64,000 nucleotides of DNA from Vicugna vicugna (lineage: Eukaryota), in NCBI GenBank assembly GCA_013265495.1, contig MU061579.1, positions 4,240,327 to 4,304,326 of the forward strand, read 5' to 3'. Under the pieces are notes generated by a model. That model searched no databases. It was given only the letters and a program-made list of their open reading frames with translations, and was not told the origin of the DNA. Of this stretch, positions 61,822 through 64,000 are shown piece after piece; position 1 is the stretch's first letter; each line of letters starts with the position of its first letter. The position numbers and the translations under genes were made by a program.

Positions 61822-62520
61822 AGTTTGGTGCAGCTGTTAGGGAAAACACTATGAAGACTCTTCAAAAGACTCAAAATAGACTTACCATATGATCCAGCAA
61901 TCCCACTCCTGGGCATATATCCAGAGAGAATTCTAATTAGAAAAGATACATGCATCCCAATGTTCATAGCATCACTATTTACAATAGCCAAGACATGGAA
62001 ACAACCTAAATGTCCATTGACAGATGACTGGATAAAGAAGTTTGGGTATATTTATACAATGGAATACTACTCAGCCATAAAAATGAATAAAGTAATGCCA
62101 TTTGCAGCAACATGGATGGACCTGTAGAATGTGAAGTGAAGTAAGCCAGAAAGAGAAAGAAAAATGCCATGTGATGTCGCTCATATGTGGAACCTTAAAA
62201 AAAAAAAAGACACACATGAACTTATTTAGAAAACAGAAACAGATTCACAGACATAGAAAACAAACTTATGGTTACCAGAGGGGGAAGAGGGTGGGAAAGG
62301 ATAAATTGGGAGTTTGAGATTTGCAGATGCTAACTACTATATGTAAAATAGATAAACAATAACTTTAAACTGTATATCACAGGGAACTATATTCAATATC
62401 TTACAGTAACTTGTGAAAAAGAATGTGAAAATGAATATATGTATATATATGTATGACTGAACTAGTAGGCTGTACACTAGCAATTGACACAACATTGTAA
62501 ACTGACTATACTTCAAATAA
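61816..62520 (+). mobile_element. L1 3' segment (ORF2 end + 3'UTR), part of the same insertion as 61328-61821
   Basis: Homologous to 1151-1870; TSD aaattgcaattaattt (61312-61327) / aaattgcaattcattt (62521-62536) encloses both pieces. Confidence 0.92.
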
Positions 62521-63189
62521 AAATTGCAATTCATTTGTATATTTTACATAGAAATATATATTTTCACAATATATATATCCTAATAACCACTTGTATACAA
62601 TTATCCATAAATAAATATGTGGTTAAGTACTGTATAAAATAGAGGCCATAAAAACTTTTAGGTTAAATGGTCAAGGTCTACCAACTATAAGAAGAGTTTG
62701 AGGAGATACATTTTAATTTCTATTCCCAGTCTACTTTAGTGTTATGGGTCTGTGCTCATTCTTCAATATATTTGATGCCTATTGAGACATTCTGCAAGGG
62801 AATAATATCCTTTCACAAAGCTAGAGTTTGAGCACAATCACACTAGTAGTAATTTTGGCCACAGACCCAAGGTATGAAAACTTGAAGTTGTCCTCAAAAG
62901 CCTAAGATCTAAGACATGGGTCTCATCTAATGTCTACTAATTTTAGTGTTGACTTTTTATTTCTGCATCATAGTAGACACTGTGATGGAAGGTTAAAACT
63001 AGTTACAGGTTCTTAAGTCTTAATGAGAATCCCTAGTTGCTTAAAAGCCTCTGGCCAGGTAAATGTCTTAGCAGGAGATTTAGACTGAGAGCCACACAGC
63101 TGTCAAAAAATTCCTGTTTCATTTCCTTGTCCTCTTATATCAAGTAAGGCATTATTCATTTTGCCTTTTCTTATCACATTATCTCAGTA

Positions 63190-63645
63190 GGGAACTTCGG
63201 GAAGTGTATATCAGAGAGTCAGAAGCTTAGGCTTATCTCCTAATTATCTATGGAAAATTAAGTGTTGGCTTTTACATTCTGTCTCTAGTGTTAACTAAGC
63301 ATAGCCAAGGATAGGCTCCCACTGAAGGCATTACATGTTTAGAGACCGCTGAAAAGGCAGGGGTCCTTTAGCGATTATTTCGGATGACTACGGTGCTTAG
63401 GAATCCCAGAGGAATGGCTGAGAGAGCGAGCCCAGGGATGGCAGTGAAAGGTGGTATAAAGCTCCAGAGTCAGGGGCCACGTCCTGGGAAGATTCTTGCT
63501 CTGACAGTCTCTTCTGCAGCTGCTCTCACCTAAACCAGCTTCTTTACCTCCCTGTAGTCTTCCAGATGTTCTTTCAATAAATTCCTTTTTTTGCTGACCT
63601 TAATCAGTCAAGTATTCCTTTGGTTGGCGATTAAGAATCCTGATG
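63190..63645 (+). mobile_element. Old ERVL-class LTR fragment (subfamily uncertain)
   Basis: GC-richer block ending ttcaataaattcctttttttgctgaccttaatcag...ttggcgattaagaatcctga, a typical LTR 3' end. Confidence 0.5.
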
Positions 63646-64000
63646 AGTAGAGTTCAACAGAAGAGAACCTATGGAAACCTCTTCATGAAATTCTCTAGAG
63701 TAAGTTTGTTGCAGCCCGAAATGGGATGGTGAAAAGAGGTGTTGCTCAGCAGAGAGTAAGCAAAGTGTCAAAAAATAAGAGGCATACATAATTAGGAAAA
63801 GGGCTACTTGTGACATCTGTGAATTCACAAGAAGACTTAGATTATTCGGTGCCTTCTGTGTGCCAATGAGAGTTCCTCCTGGAAACACTAATGACTTTGG
63901 TTAATATCCAATTTGAGATCTGTCTCTGTAACCCTGGGAACACACTAACTGATAAAGTGAGGATGATTCTAAAGCTGGCTCACCAACTTCATAGGGATTA

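Noticed and set aside
1..64000. CRISPR array, tRNA/rRNA genes, CpG-island promoter, processed pseudogene
   Set aside because: No regularly spaced repeat-spacer array, cloverleaf, rRNA similarity, CpG island or mRNA-derived ORF was seen.

Overview
Mammalian, AT-rich, CpG-poor, repeat-dense DNA (intergenic or deep intronic). The young L1 3' ends look cetartiodactyl, and camelid is my best guess from memory of L1 3'UTRs (not verified). I can support no host protein-coding exon, RNA gene or CRISPR array. The recognisable ORF-track entries are L1 ORF2 tails or decayed ERV-L gag/pol/dUTPase, and the rest look like chance ORFs. Main contents: (1) a ~5.4 kb decayed ERV-L provirus on the minus strand (5' LTR, gag, RT/RNase H, dUTPase); (2) many solo MaLR/MLT LTRs, L2, MIR and hAT/Tigger MITEs; (3) several young L1 insertions with target-site duplications (TSDs), including a twin-primed 5'-inverted insertion missing most of ORF2; (4) a ~2.2 kb head-to-tail duplication (47419-49621 / 49622-51826, ~99% identical). 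The duplication breakpoint lies in an alternating purine-pyrimidine tract, and its copy-specific differences reciprocally create or destroy the same 12-mer, AGATACGTAAGT (a splice-donor consensus), on opposite strands; (5) repeat-free blocks that may be conserved enhancers. I found no convincing wholly new biological system; the duplication and its reciprocal 12-mer are the most unusual signal. Repeat subfamily names come from recalled consensus sequences and should be confirmed with RepeatMasker/Dfam.
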